Source: Vampirovibrionaceae bacterium NZW_1234 (lineage in GTDB: Bacteria > Cyanobacteriota > Vampirovibrionia > Vampirovibrionales > JAGQHJ01). From it: a DNA stretch of 64,000 nt. Shown one piece after another: positions 39,789 through 50,369 of the stretch (its first letter is position 1; every line of letters begins with the position of its first letter). A program made the translations under genes and the position numbers. The notes under the pieces were generated by a model. The model was not told the origin of the DNA, did not search any database, and saw only the letters and a program-made list of their open reading frames with translations. The stretch is from assembly GCA_041697335.1 (NCBI GenBank), contig JBGUGD010000014.1, positions 17,910-81,909 on the forward strand, in the 5' to 3' direction.

Positions 39789-41239
39789 GGTTTTTTAGTC
39801 TCCTGCTTAGCTTGAGCCTGACCCGAGCCTGTTGCATCTTGAAGAATTTTCCCCGTAAAGCTGAATTGGCTTAAAATCTTCTCCCCATCCGAAGGCATCA
39901 CAAATCGTTTTTGGGCTTTGATTTGAAACGGCTTGAGCTCAGAGGCGGAAACAAGTGCGTCGATAAAGGCATTTGCCTTTTGGGCTTGCGCCGCCTTTCC
40001 GGAAATGTTCACCCGCTCAGGCATCTCAACCCGCAAGTAATCAATCTGGACTTGAGCCGCATTTTTATTAATCACGTCCATCAGTTTTTGATAAAACCCA
40101 TTCTGCTGGTGTAAAGCTGAAATGGTAGATGACAGTGCTTCATCACGTTGGCGGAGCTGAGCATCCAGCTGTGTATTTTGAAAAATATAATACCCGCTCG
40201 TCCCTAAAACCCCGAGCATCACAAAAAACGAGATTATCAATAAAAAGCGCAATACCGTTGCTTTGGCACGCACCGCTGTTCGATGAGAAACATGATGCTT
40301 GGCTGAAGCCCCACGTCTGGATGCTAAAAAATCCCAGGCCAAAGGGAAAGGCACTTCCTGCTTTAATGCAGCCCCTAGAGCCGCTGCCGATGGCTGATTG
40401 GGGTAACTTCCATACAAGGGCCCTAAAACCGCCTGACGAACAGGAGCGCCCAACTTCAGCTGAAGCAGATCCATCGGCTGCTTGACACCCTGCTCGGACC
40501 AGGCAAACCAGAGATTCGGCTGACTGATGCCCATTCCTAACATGGGTTCCATGAGTCGCTCCTGCATACTCGCCATATCCGCGGGTATGGTAAACGTGCC
40601 AATGTAGATCAGGTTGGTCCCCTGCCAAATGGTCTGCCACGTTTGAGAACCGACCACACCAAAGCAACCCCACACCGCATCGGAACCTAGGCGCCGCAGC
40701 AATGCGTCCAACACGCCTGAGGCCGCCATGCCCCGCAAGACCGCCAAGGGCAAAATATCCACTCCCTGCAAGGGATAGCCTGCCTCTTCAAAGACTTGAA
40801 AAAAGTGTTTAAGCTCATTATCACCATAAAACGCATACGCAATGGCCGCATGGTCCCCATGTTGCCAAAGCATAGAGTATTGCACAATGGGCGTATCTCC
40901 GGCCAAAACCCCTTCTTCAGAAATTAATTGGGGTAAGCCCTCTCTCAAGGCATGCACATCGCCCACCGAAAAGGCACGGGTGGCTAAAAAAGGTGTGTAA
41001 AATGTTAAATACACGGGATAGGCAACATCGGGCTGTCCTAAAGCAGCAAAAAGCCCACGAATCGCTGCCACCAACGTGGGTGTATCCAGAATCCGTTTGC
41101 CGTCGTGCGCCATCGTCGCTGGGGGCAATGGCTGGTGTTCATAGGCTTGGAGAGAAAAATCCTCAGCCGAAACTTTGACCCCACTAATATGGGTGGGCGA
41201 GATGGAAATACCGATTAAACTGGATGACGACTTGCTCAC
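39785..41239 (-). CDS. pilMN: PilM-PilN fusion (actin-like ATPase domain, then TM and coiled-coil)
   Basis: N-terminus LIGISISPTHISGVKV resembles the PilM start (iGiDiGs..ik.v). An internal TM (VLRFLLIISFFVMLGVLGTSGYYIF) plus a coiled-coil and C-terminal domain resemble PilN. Confidence 0.55.
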   Translation of the reverse strand: MSKSSSSLIGISISPTHISGVKVSAEDFSLQAYEHQPLPPATMAHDGKRILDTPTLVAAIRGLFAALGQPDVAYPVYLTFYTPFLATRAFSVGDVHALREGLPQLISEEGVLAGDTPIVQYSMLWQHGDHAAIAYAFYGDNELKHFFQVFEEAGYPLQGVDILPLAVLRGMAASGVLDALLRRLGSDAVWGCFGVVGSQTWQTIWQGTNLIYIGTFTIPADMASMQERLMEPMLGMGISQPNLWFAWSEQGVKQPMDLLQLKLGAPVRQAVLGPLYGSYPNQPSAAALGAALKQEVPFPLAWDFLASRRGASAKHHVSHRTAVRAKATVLRFLLIISFFVMLGVLGTSGYYIFQNTQLDAQLRQRDEALSSTISALHQQNGFYQKLMDVINKNAAQVQIDYLRVEMPERVNISGKAAQAQKANAFIDALVSASELKPFQIKAQKRFVMPSDGEKILSQFSFTGKILQDATGSGQAQAKQETKKP

Positions 41240-41253
41240 AAACGACGCAGCAC

Positions 41254-41940
41254 CTATCGACGACGTCCTGCGGCCATAAACCGCAATACCATCAGAAACA
41301 GATTGATAATGCTGAGATAAAGCCCCAGTGTTGCAGCAACCACGCTGTTATTATCATAGCGGTTCACCATGTCACTGGTCTGCAGCAAAATATAGCCTGA
41401 AAAAATGACAATTCCGACACCGGAATAAACCAAATCAGAGATGGGCAACGTAAAAAACAAGCCAAGAACCCCAACCAACACCAGGGCCAATAAGCCAATG
41501 AATAAAAAGCCTCTCAAGAAGGAGAAGTCCTTTTTCGTCACATTCACAAAGAGACTCAGCCCACCAAAGGTAACCGCGGTGGTTCCTGCCGCTACAGGTA
41601 TCAGATCACCCATTCCCATCCGCACATAGGCATTTAATACCGGCCCCAAGATAACGCCGGAAAAGATTGTGAACAAGAACAACAGCATGATGTTCAAGGG
41701 ATAGGTTCTTTGGCACAGGGTCGCTGCAAAATAAGTCACAAAGTACACGACGATCATAGGCAAATACAAACTCGGTGGCATGGAGAGACCCAAGTAGCTG
41801 CCAGCCGAGCAAAACAACAGGGACACACCCAAAAGCGTATAAACCCGGCTCACAAACTCCGATCGATCTTGAACAGCGGTTTTATCCAGACGGACCAGGC
41901 TCATTTTCGAGACCTCGCTTTCTCCAGTAGCCACAATCAT
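41254..41940 (-). CDS. Bax-inhibitor-1 / YccA (TMBIM) family membrane protein
   Basis: 7-TM layout and the conserved C-terminal basic tail pattern. The start is likely the internal MSLVRLDK. Confidence 0.7.
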   Translation of the reverse strand: MIVATGESEVSKMSLVRLDKTAVQDRSEFVSRVYTLLGVSLLFCSAGSYLGLSMPPSLYLPMIVVYFVTYFAATLCQRTYPLNIMLLFLFTIFSGVILGPVLNAYVRMGMGDLIPVAAGTTAVTFGGLSLFVNVTKKDFSFLRGFLFIGLLALVLVGVLGLFFTLPISDLVYSGVGIVIFSGYILLQTSDMVNRYDNNSVVAATLGLYLSIINLFLMVLRFMAAGRRR

Positions 41941-42202
41941 CTATTTTTAGAATATCAGGTTTTTCCAAGAGGGCAATGTACAGCCCGCACCTAAGCCTCT
42001 GATAGACAACAGCGTTCCCCCCGACCACGGTTGCTTCAACACTAAGACCCGCAAACCGCCCTTCCAATGCGGCTTTTTACATTCACATCATGACCCTGGA
42101 ACACAGGTCCATGGAAACAAAACTTAATATAGTAGCAACGGATTTTCTTGAGGATGCTTTATACCGACACAAAGACACGAAGAGCACGGGGGAAAGTTAC
42201 GG

Positions 42203-42811
42203 ATGCTACCAGGATTACAAGGCAATAACGTCGGTGGAAATCACGCCACGTTTAAAACAGGGGCCTCAAGACATGGCCAAGCCTGTTTATGCGGCGGATG
42301 CTCCAATGGCAGCCTGCAACCCCGGTTCTCCAGCAACACTCCTACAAGCAAGCCCATTGACCTACCCAGAACAAATGCAACCCTCGGGTATGCACTCAGT
42401 GGGGGACAAAATCAGTTCCAGGCTCTGAATGACACCTTCCCCGGAGGCCAAAGAGCGACGGAGGAATTCCATCATAAAGTCCATCATGGTCTTGATGGCT
42501 ACGGTGTTACCCCGGGCACGGCTGCTCTTGGCGAAACCCCAGAGAACTTGGCCCATATCGGATCTCCCGGACTGTTTGAAAGTTCGGTGCGATTAACGGA
42601 ACTCCATAAACAGGCTCGCCAGGATTACGCCAATGCCCTTGCTGCCAGCGTGTCGTCCGGCCAAATGACTCCTGATCGAGCCAAATCAGAACTGGATCTC
42701 TTTGACAGTGAATGGGATCACACGTTCACCTTAGGCCAATATGCCCATAAAAAAGGAATTGAAGAAATTGCAGGAGCCCGATCTGATATCCATACCTTGG
42801 CTCAAGCTTAA
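42203..42811 (+). CDS. Hypothetical protein
   Basis: 202 aa. It overlaps track ORF 42090..42428 in another frame, so frame choice is uncertain. Confidence 0.3.
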   Translation: MLPGLQGNNVGGNHATFKTGASRHGQACLCGGCSNGSLQPRFSSNTPTSKPIDLPRTNATLGYALSGGQNQFQALNDTFPGGQRATEEFHHKVHHGLDGYGVTPGTAALGETPENLAHIGSPGLFESSVRLTELHKQARQDYANALAASVSSGQMTPDRAKSELDLFDSEWDHTFTLGQYAHKKGIEEIAGARSDIHTLAQA

Positions 42812-43303
42812 ACCCCGCAAACAAAAGTTTTCTCTGCTACATACTACCTCACCACACACATACACTTACTTTCTCCTCTGAAACAAATGACACTTGCGCT
42901 CACTACCCCCCCTAGAGCGCATTTTTTTTGCGCATTTTTACCCTCCTCGAATTCAGATTTACAAAACTTAAGCAAGTAGCATCCAAAAATCTTGAGAGGG
43001 CTTTATGTAGGCACAACGAGAGATGGTCGGGCGAACACCAGATTTTCCACACACACTATCTCTGCTACCTACACTCACTCTTCTGAATGTTACCCCCTCG
43101 CCCCCCCTCATTCGTATACGCAGGAGGATGTGAACCGAGATGATGACTTCATTGGATACGCTTTACAGCTATGTTTTTGACAATCTGCTAATCCGTGCCG
43201 GTCTTGCGACTGTTGATTCCATTGCAAACCTGCCGGATCCGCTTATTTTGGCCCCACAACAGGCCGATAGGATTTCTTAGCTCTCCTCCTAAAACTAATG
43301 ACG

Positions 43304-43345
43304 CTGGCGCTCTCTCCCCCTATACTGAGCGCCTTTTTCTTTTTG
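43304..43345 (+). terminator. Terminator-like hairpin with T-tract inside an ORF-free 800-bp interval
   Basis: ggcgctc-tctccccctatact-gagcgcc followed by tttttctttttgt. Confidence 0.4.
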
Positions 43346-43613
43346 TCGGATTCACAGCCTACTATTCCCGCCAAGCAGCTGACGTGGAGACTCTTGCGGT
43401 TGAGCGCAACATCAGTCATAATACAATCAGATATTCAAATTTGAATGCTCATAAAAGCATGAAGCCATAAAACATCTACAATTTGTTGATTAATTAATTT
43501 AATGAGGCAATTTCTTGTTGAAGCTTCCCGGCGAGTCATGGTAGGCTAGACCATGGAAGTGGGGATGTTTCCACCGACCTTGAATCACACAAAACGGATA
43601 GGGATTTATAGGG

Positions 43614-44420
43614 ATGCCGCAAACGCTTACTGCAGAAATACTTTTTGAACTTCGCCATATCCTTGCCCAAGATAGTCGTGAGGATGTTCCTGCGGTCAAA
43701 ATGGTGTCCCTGGAATTCTGGGAACATGTGAAACAGTGGGTGCATCTTATCTGCGAAGTTCCTAAGCCCTTCACTATTGGTCTCACCGGCGGATCCGGCT
43801 CCGGAAAATCCATGGTTCGCGAGGTCTTGGTCAATGCCTTAAGCGACGTGGCCCAAGTGTCTTCATTTACCCAGGATAACTATTATCGAGACTTCGAAAA
43901 AGACTTTCCACACCTTCCTCTGGAACGCTTTTATGACGAAATTGACTTCGATGATCCGGCCCACATCCAGTTTGAACAACTGGTTCAGGATTTAACCCAC
44001 TTAAAAACCTTGCAATTTGGGCAAACCTTACATATTCCCAAGCTGGTCTACGGAACTCCCTCCTCAATGCCGACCAGTATTCCCCAGGGTCTTGCCGTAC
44101 CGATTCGACCCTTTATCGTAACCGAGGGAATCCACGCGTTTTACAACCCCTCTTTGCGGGCCTTATATGATTTCAAGATTTATGTCGATGTTGATGAAAC
44201 CGAACGTCGGGAACGCTGGCTGGCCCGAAATCGCCAGGAAAACCGAGGCACCACCGATAACATGTGGCAAACGACGGTGGATTGTCTCCATCAGCATATT
44301 CTGCCGAACCGGGCCCATGCCGACTTGGTGCTGAATAACGCCGCACCTCAGGATCAGATTGAGCACTTCATCTACCAGGTGATTCAACTCCTGCAACAGG
44401 CCGCTCAGCGGGCTGCCTGA
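43614..44420 (+). CDS. Uridine kinase / phosphoribulokinase-family P-loop kinase
   Basis: P-loop IGLTGGSGSGKS near residue 55, and a PRK/UDK-type layout (...IVTEGIHAFYNPSLRALYDFKIYVDVD...). Confidence 0.6.
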   Translation: MPQTLTAEILFELRHILAQDSREDVPAVKMVSLEFWEHVKQWVHLICEVPKPFTIGLTGGSGSGKSMVREVLVNALSDVAQVSSFTQDNYYRDFEKDFPHLPLERFYDEIDFDDPAHIQFEQLVQDLTHLKTLQFGQTLHIPKLVYGTPSSMPTSIPQGLAVPIRPFIVTEGIHAFYNPSLRALYDFKIYVDVDETERRERWLARNRQENRGTTDNMWQTTVDCLHQHILPNRAHADLVLNNAAPQDQIEHFIYQVIQLLQQAAQRAA

Positions 44421-44486
44421 TTCTTGCTCCCTCAGATCATTATCACCAATATAAATTTATAGCCTCTCAGCCACATCGTCTTGAAA

Positions 44487-44520
44487 AGGAACGGCAGAAT
44501 CTGCCGTTCCTCTGGTTTTG
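44487..44520 (+). terminator. Rho-independent terminator
   Basis: ggaacggcaga-atc-tgccgttcc followed by tctggtttt, about 70 nt after the kinase stop. Confidence 0.65.
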
Positions 44521-44713
44521 TTGGTGTATCCTCGCTACGGGTCGGATGGACCCGGTACCATGACGAGTCCTCGACCTTGCCTTCTTGGATTACCGCTGCA
44601 ATCACGCAGATACGCCCCTCACAGGAGAGACATCATCGGCGACTACTAACACAAAACGGTGTTCAGGCGATTTAAAAGACTAGTGATTTGTGACGAGAGA
44701 GATTACTGCCTGA

Positions 44714-46039
44714 ATGAGTTCTCCCATAACATTACCACCTGTTCAGCTTCCTGTTGTGACACCCTACAATGCGGCACAAGCCATTTATGGGCTGAACAAA
44801 CAATTCAGCCCCTACCGGAAATGGGCCATAGAACCTCTGGCAACCTCACAAAAGCTGATTGAAGAAGCCTATGATCTATTTAAACCCCAGATTGAAAGCG
44901 TTTTGGAAGACCTCCCTGAAGGAGACTCACGAAAAATGGGCTTTATCGATGCCATTTCGTCCCAAAACCAAGCTCGATTGAGTAAACTGCCTTCGCCACT
45001 AAAACCCTTAATCGATAAACTCGTCGCACTCCGGGCAGCAGCCTTCCCCGAAAGCCAACGCCGGGAAAAGGTTGTCACGAATCAGGTTCGGCCTTATCTC
45101 CCCTTTGTCAAAAATCATATTCGCGATGTTCAATTTAACCAGGCGTTACTCCAAATGGACCCGGATTCCGTGGCCTTGGCTCATCCCAAAAACGTTCGCG
45201 TGGTGGCCCCGGTCGGCCAGAATTATGGCTCTACAGGCCCTCATGGTATGACTGGCCCCCACGATCTGACCTTGGGCAACAAAGCTTGGCAACGAGCCCT
45301 TCAAAAAACCGCCAGTATGGATGAGGCCGTCTCCCACTATCTTAACTGGTCAGTCATTCCTGCGGATGCCGACCCGGCTGTTCCCGATTCCGGTCTCCAA
45401 GTGGTCGCTCCGGTAGCCACACGCCGCAGCAACCCCTATGCTTGGCGAAAGGCTGACAACACTAACCCTAACGTCCGTCGGATTGCGGTCTTCATAGATG
45501 ACGCCGAAGAAAACATGAAAGACCAAACCGATGGCTTGATGAAGAACTTTATTAAACAGCCCTGGAATGCCTTTAACGCTCAAAGCGGATTCTCGGGGTA
45601 TCGGGTGGATGAGATCCTGATTGTACGGCCCCCAACGGCTGAAGAATCGAAGCGAGGGATTACCGTTTATGACAAATTGACACATGCCTTTGCACAAATG
45701 CATGCCTTCACCGAGGACCAAAGAAAACAGGCTAGAGCGCAAGGCCAGGACCCCAAGGCCTTATCGTTTGAAAGTTATATCTCCTGGGCGGTTCATGGGT
45801 CTTCAGAGCTGCCTAAGCACTTGGAACTTCAAGAAAAACAGACTGGGCAAACGTGTCCAGAAAGATTCCGCGAGGGCAGCATGGAATTCCGGGCCTTGTT
45901 TAAACCCCTGGTCCCTGAAAACCACAAGGAAAATGTATCTGAAACGACCCTCAAACACCTGGAACATCAGTATCTCAGCAACTTCCGCTACGTTGTCCAG
46001 CATCTGACCTCGTGCACCTCGGGAAGCTTTACCGCCTAA
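44714..46039 (+). CDS. Hypothetical protein
   Basis: 441 aa with no motif recognised. Confidence 0.45.
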   Translation: MSSPITLPPVQLPVVTPYNAAQAIYGLNKQFSPYRKWAIEPLATSQKLIEEAYDLFKPQIESVLEDLPEGDSRKMGFIDAISSQNQARLSKLPSPLKPLIDKLVALRAAAFPESQRREKVVTNQVRPYLPFVKNHIRDVQFNQALLQMDPDSVALAHPKNVRVVAPVGQNYGSTGPHGMTGPHDLTLGNKAWQRALQKTASMDEAVSHYLNWSVIPADADPAVPDSGLQVVAPVATRRSNPYAWRKADNTNPNVRRIAVFIDDAEENMKDQTDGLMKNFIKQPWNAFNAQSGFSGYRVDEILIVRPPTAEESKRGITVYDKLTHAFAQMHAFTEDQRKQARAQGQDPKALSFESYISWAVHGSSELPKHLELQEKQTGQTCPERFREGSMEFRALFKPLVPENHKENVSETTLKHLEHQYLSNFRYVVQHLTSCTSGSFTA

Positions 46040-46044
46040 TACGA

Positions 46045-46085
46045 CACCAGGCCTTGCTGAACAGCAAGGCCTGGTGTTTGTATTT
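46045..46085 (+). terminator. Rho-independent terminator (perfect 14-bp stem) between convergent genes
   Basis: caccaggccttgct-gaac-agcaaggcctggtg followed by tttgtattt. gyrA converges at 46101. Confidence 0.7.
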
Positions 46086-46100
46086 ATGCCGGATTGAAGA

Positions 46101-48584
46101 CTATTCTTCTTCAATGGGCACAATTTTAGTGACCGAGGCAATCGAATCGTCATCATCCAGGTTCTGGAGTCGGACGCCCGTTGCCGGACGACCTTGACGG
46201 GAAATATCCTTGGCTGTCAGACGAACCACGATGCCTTTAGCAGTAACCAGCATCAGCTCATCGTCTTCCTGCACCACCATAATGTTGGTGAGGCGGCTGA
46301 GTTCGTTCTTGAACTTGGTAGCAATCAACCCGATGCCACCACGATTCTGGGCACGAAACTCGGTGAGGCTGGTCCGCTTACCAAAGCCATCGGTAGTGAC
46401 CACCAAGAGGTCGACGTTATTGAGGTCGCAGGGAACAATGCTAAAGTCAACCATATGGTCGCCTTGGCGTAGCTTCATTGCCGTCACCCCTCGGGCTGTC
46501 CGCCCCAGTGGCCGCAAATCGGAGCAGGGGAAACGAATGGCCATCCCCATCGCCGTACCAATAATGACATTGTCATTCTCGGTGCTGGACAGAGCAACCC
46601 AGTTGAGCTTGTCCCCTTCTTCAAGGTGAATGGCAATCAGACCATTGCGACGGATATTGTCGAAGTTTTCCAACAGAATCCGCTTAATCCAGCCCTTGCG
46701 GGTCAACATGACCAGGGATTTTCCATTGTTGTCCTGCTTGGACGGAATGGGGATAATCGCCGTGATCTTTTCGTCCTGGTTGAGCGGCAAGAGGTTTATC
46801 ATCGGCAAGCCCCGTGCTGTACGCCCGCCTTCAGGGAAATCATAGACGTTGAGCTTGTAGGCCACGCCCCGATCGCTGAAGAAAAGTACCGAGTCGTGCA
46901 TGCCCGCCATAAAGATGTTGACGACATCGTCTTCATCCTTGGTCTTCATGCCACCTTTGCCTCGGGTCGCCCGATTCTGACGCTCGAAGGTATCCAGGGG
47001 AATCCGCTTGATGTAACCCATCCGAGTCACAAAGATAGCCATGGCTTCGTTGGGGGTTAAATCTTCAATGCGGAACTCGCCTTCTTCGGGCAGGATCTGG
47101 GTTTTGCGCCGGTCGCCATATTTTTCCTTCAGCTCCAGCAATTCGCCTTTAATGATGCCAAGGACTTTCTGACGGTCAGCCAGAATGGCCCGGTATTCCG
47201 CAATTTTGCGAGTCAACTCGTCGTGCTCGGCCGCGATTTTCTCACGCTCCAAGCCGGTCAAGCGGCGTAATTGCATTTCCAAAATGGCGTTAGCCTGCTC
47301 CAAATCCAAGCCGTAATTGCTCATCAACTGCTGACGCGCATTTTCCGTGGACTCGGCTTCCCGGATCATCTGAATCACCCGATCCAGGTCACCAATGGCG
47401 ATAATCAAGCCTGCCAGAATGTGAGCCCGTGCTTCGGCTTTGTTCAACTCAAAGCGGGTGCGGCGAACCACCACATCCACCCGGTGTTCCACGAACTCCG
47501 TCAGGATATCGGGAAGGCTCAGCAAGCGAGGCTGCTTGTTCACCAGGGCCAGCATGTTGATACCAAAGGAGGTTTGAAGCTGGGTTTGTTTGTACAGGTT
47601 ATTCAAGACAACATCGGGCTTGGCATCACGTTTCAGCTCGATGACAACTCGCATCCCTTCACGGTCGGATTCGTTTCGGAGGTCACTGATGCCCTCAATT
47701 TTCTTCTCACGAACCAGTTCAGCAATTTTCTCGATGAGGGTGGTGAGGTTAACCTGATACGGAATCTCCGTGATGACAATGGCCGTACGCTCTTGACGGC
47801 CACCACCGCCAGGAATTTGCTCGATGGTCGTTACGCCCCGCATTAGGACACTGCCTCGGCCCGTACGGAAAGCTTCACGGATACCGCCACTGCCGACAAT
47901 GGTTGCCGCTGTTGGGAAGTCAGGACCTTTGACATATTGCATCAGGTCATCGGCTTCCAAGGTGGGGTTGTCAATCATGGCAACCACCCCATCAATGACC
48001 TCGCCGGCATTAAAGGGTGGAATATTGGTGGCCATCCCCACGGCAATCCCGCTGGAGCCGTTCAGCAACAGCATGGGCAAGCGACAGGGAAGGACAGAAG
48101 GCTCTTCCAAAGAACCGTCAAAGTTCGGAACAAAGTCAACGGTGTCCTGATCGATGTCTTGCAGCATCGTCAGGGCAATCGGGGTTAAGCGGCTTTCGGT
48201 ATAACGCATGGCTGCTGCGTTATCCCCTTCAATACTGCCAAAGTTCCCGTGGCCGTCAATCAGGGGGTAGCGACTTGCAAAGTCCTGAGCCAGACGAACC
48301 AGGGCATCATATACCGCCGTATCGCCGTGTGGGTGGTACTTACCCAGCACTTCCCCGACGATTCTGGCGCATTTCTTATAGGGCTTGTCCGGGGTCATCC
48401 CCAGCTCGTTCATGGCGTATAAAATGCGTCGGTGAACCGGCTTTAAACCGTCCCGAACATCCGGTAACGCCCGCCCCACAATGACGCTCATCGCATAGTC
48501 GATATACGAGCGCCGCATCTCTTCCCGAATACTGATGGGCTGAATGTTCCCATCACCGAATAAAGTGGGTTGTTTGGTACTCAA
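46101..48584 (-). CDS. gyrA: DNA gyrase subunit A
   Basis: [28 protein letters not shown] (active-site Tyr region), a QRDR-like block, and the C-terminal GyrA-box-like RATRGKGG. Confidence 0.95.
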   Translation of the reverse strand: MSTKQPTLFGDGNIQPISIREEMRRSYIDYAMSVIVGRALPDVRDGLKPVHRRILYAMNELGMTPDKPYKKCARIVGEVLGKYHPHGDTAVYDALVRLAQDFASRYPLIDGHGNFGSIEGDNAAAMRYTESRLTPIALTMLQDIDQDTVDFVPNFDGSLEEPSVLPCRLPMLLLNGSSGIAVGMATNIPPFNAGEVIDGVVAMIDNPTLEADDLMQYVKGPDFPTAATIVGSGGIREAFRTGRGSVLMRGVTTIEQIPGGGGRQERTAIVITEIPYQVNLTTLIEKIAELVREKKIEGISDLRNESDREGMRVVIELKRDAKPDVVLNNLYKQTQLQTSFGINMLALVNKQPRLLSLPDILTEFVEHRVDVVVRRTRFELNKAEARAHILAGLIIAIGDLDRVIQMIREAESTENARQQLMSNYGLDLEQANAILEMQLRRLTGLEREKIAAEHDELTRKIAEYRAILADRQKVLGIIKGELLELKEKYGDRRKTQILPEEGEFRIEDLTPNEAMAIFVTRMGYIKRIPLDTFERQNRATRGKGGMKTKDEDDVVNIFMAGMHDSVLFFSDRGVAYKLNVYDFPEGGRTARGLPMINLLPLNQDEKITAIIPIPSKQDNNGKSLVMLTRKGWIKRILLENFDNIRRNGLIAIHLEEGDKLNWVALSSTENDNVIIGTAMGMAIRFPCSDLRPLGRTARGVTAMKLRQGDHMVDFSIVPCDLNNVDLLVVTTDGFGKRTSLTEFRAQNRGGIGLIATKFKNELSRLTNIMVVQEDDELMLVTAKGIVVRLTAKDISRQGRPATGVRLQNLDDDDSIASVTKIVPIEEE

Positions 48585-48720
48585 GGGTCATGATCCTCTT
48601 CTATCTAGGTCCTGGGCTATTATACTGCAAGGACGGACGAATGCCTAATCTCTGGTTACGGTTCAGGACGAATAGATACAAATTGTCACCAAAGAGCTCT
48701 AAAATTTGCTATTTCCAGCC

Positions 48721-49230
48721 TTATACCCGCTCTTGGCCGATAGCTGGCTCATCGGATTCGACCACATGATGCTCTGATGCAGGCTGTTTCCAGAATTTTT
48801 GCATTTCGATATACACAAAAGAGGTAGACCAGCCCAGCATCATCAGCCCGGTCAATGTCTCCATTGAGGTGGTGAAGCGAATGGGTCCATTGGGAATGAT
48901 ATCGCCAAAGCCAAGTGACGTGTAAACCACTGCCGAATAATAAACATAATCCAGAAGGCGAAACAGGCCGATACCCTCAAGATGGCCAATATGGAGCACA
49001 TCCGTAACAAACATCAGGTTAAAGGCAAAAAGCCAAATTTCGATCAAGTGAACGGTTAACAAGCCAAAGATGAGAAACACCAACCTTAAGCGGGAGGGAA
49101 CTTTGAGCCTGGGCAATGCCGCTGTCATCAATTGCAGGCATTCAAAATGGGTCATAACGGCCAGCACCACGGCAAAACCCGTCATGAGAAAGACAATAAA
49201 TACCTCCATCCCGTCCATGAACAACAGCAC
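48721..49230 (-). CDS. Two-TM potassium channel (pore-loop) protein
   Basis: Selectivity-filter-like TSLGFGD between two hydrophobic helices. 169 aa. Confidence 0.6.
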   Translation of the reverse strand: MLLFMDGMEVFIVFLMTGFAVVLAVMTHFECLQLMTAALPRLKVPSRLRLVFLIFGLLTVHLIEIWLFAFNLMFVTDVLHIGHLEGIGLFRLLDYVYYSAVVYTSLGFGDIIPNGPIRFTTSMETLTGLMMLGWSTSFVYIEMQKFWKQPASEHHVVESDEPAIGQERV

Positions 49231-49436
49231 TCTTTCTTAGAACTTATCGAATGACATTGGGCTTCATCATTAACACCCTACATGCCCGCTTTTGAAAAAG
49301 CAAGGTTATCCATGAGAACAAGCACCTTCCCCAAACGGCTAATAACACAATGTTGGTGTTTGCTGAGCCTGTGCTTGGCTACAGTGTAAATAATGCTGTA
49401 ACCCTTAATAACGCATTCAGAAAGGAAATCTTAGCA

Positions 49437-49829
49437 ATGTCACAATATCATGCCGCCGTTTGGATCGATCATGCCGAAGCCCGGGTATTTCAGTTTGACG
49501 TGGACCATGTGGAAAAAACCATCGTGCATCCGGATCAACCGCATAAGAAACTGCATCACAAAGCAGGGGCCGTAGGCTCAGGCAACACAGCTGAAGACAG
49601 GCACTTTTATCAAAGCGTTGTAGAAGCCCTTGAGGGTGCCCATGAAATTTTAATTCTCGGCCCTGGTCAAGCGAAACTCCAATTGGTGAAATACGTACAC
49701 AAATTCCAGCCGAAACTGGAGGAATTTATTGTGGGCGTTGAATCGTCGGATCATCCCACCGACGGTCAGATTGTTGCGTATGCTCGAAAATACTTCAAAA
49801 AAGCAGATATGATGTTGTCGCAGATGTAG
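49437..49829 (+). CDS. Hypothetical protein
   Basis: Start taken at MSQYHAAVWIDH. No motif assigned with confidence. Confidence 0.4.
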   Translation: MSQYHAAVWIDHAEARVFQFDVDHVEKTIVHPDQPHKKLHHKAGAVGSGNTAEDRHFYQSVVEALEGAHEILILGPGQAKLQLVKYVHKFQPKLEEFIVGVESSDHPTDGQIVAYARKYFKKADMMLSQM

Positions 49830-50369
49830 CTACCTTGAGCCGGAACCCAATTATTCGAAGTGACCATCCGGTGAATTCACGCATTGATATTTACCGCAAG
49901 CCAAATGGTGATGATTGGCATTCCTGGATGAGTTACCTGCTTGGGAACTCCGGCGGACACCGACTCTGATTTTTCGGCAAACCAACCTCATATTTGGGGT
50001 AGTACGTAGTACAAGAATTATTTTTTGAATGCCTTGGGTTGTCCAGCGCCCAAGGCATCACATTGGTTATCTGTGTTGCGAAAAACACCCGTCTGGTTTA
50101 GCAAGATAGTTATTATTCACACCTTGAATTTTTTTACTTTAAATTCTATAGAGCTTTGTTTTGAAAACAGGTTCCTCGCAAAATGCAATCTGAGAGGCAA
50201 CTATTCCTTGTTTTGAAATCAAATTTTTGAAATCAAACTGGGATACAAAACGTGTCTTCAGGAGACGCGATATCCACTATAACGTCAAAGCCATCAAGCT
50301 CAATTTCTGTCAACGTTTAAGCTCAGCAACCGCACTTATGGCGACATCAACCTGAATCTGATCAAAAGA

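Noticed and set aside
42090-42428. 112-aa ORF overlapping the 42203..42811 ORF in another frame
   Set aside because: Only one of the two is likely to be coding. The longer downstream ORF was kept at low confidence, and neither has recognisable motifs.
43499-43834. 111-aa minus-strand ORF overlapping the start of the P-loop kinase gene
   Set aside because: It is antisense to a motif-supported gene and is Cys/Ser/Arg-rich and non-protein-like.
46194-48484. Series of + strand ORFs (92-191 aa) inside gyrA
   Set aside because: They are antisense to a very confidently identified GyrA reading frame. The same applies to + strand ORFs inside metH (50397..53783) and - strand ORFs inside other confident genes.
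50018-50056. Hairpin gccttggg...cccaaggc preceded by a T-run
   Set aside because: The U-tract is 5' of the stem on the + strand and the stem is followed by A's on the - strand, so this is not a canonical intrinsic terminator on either strand.
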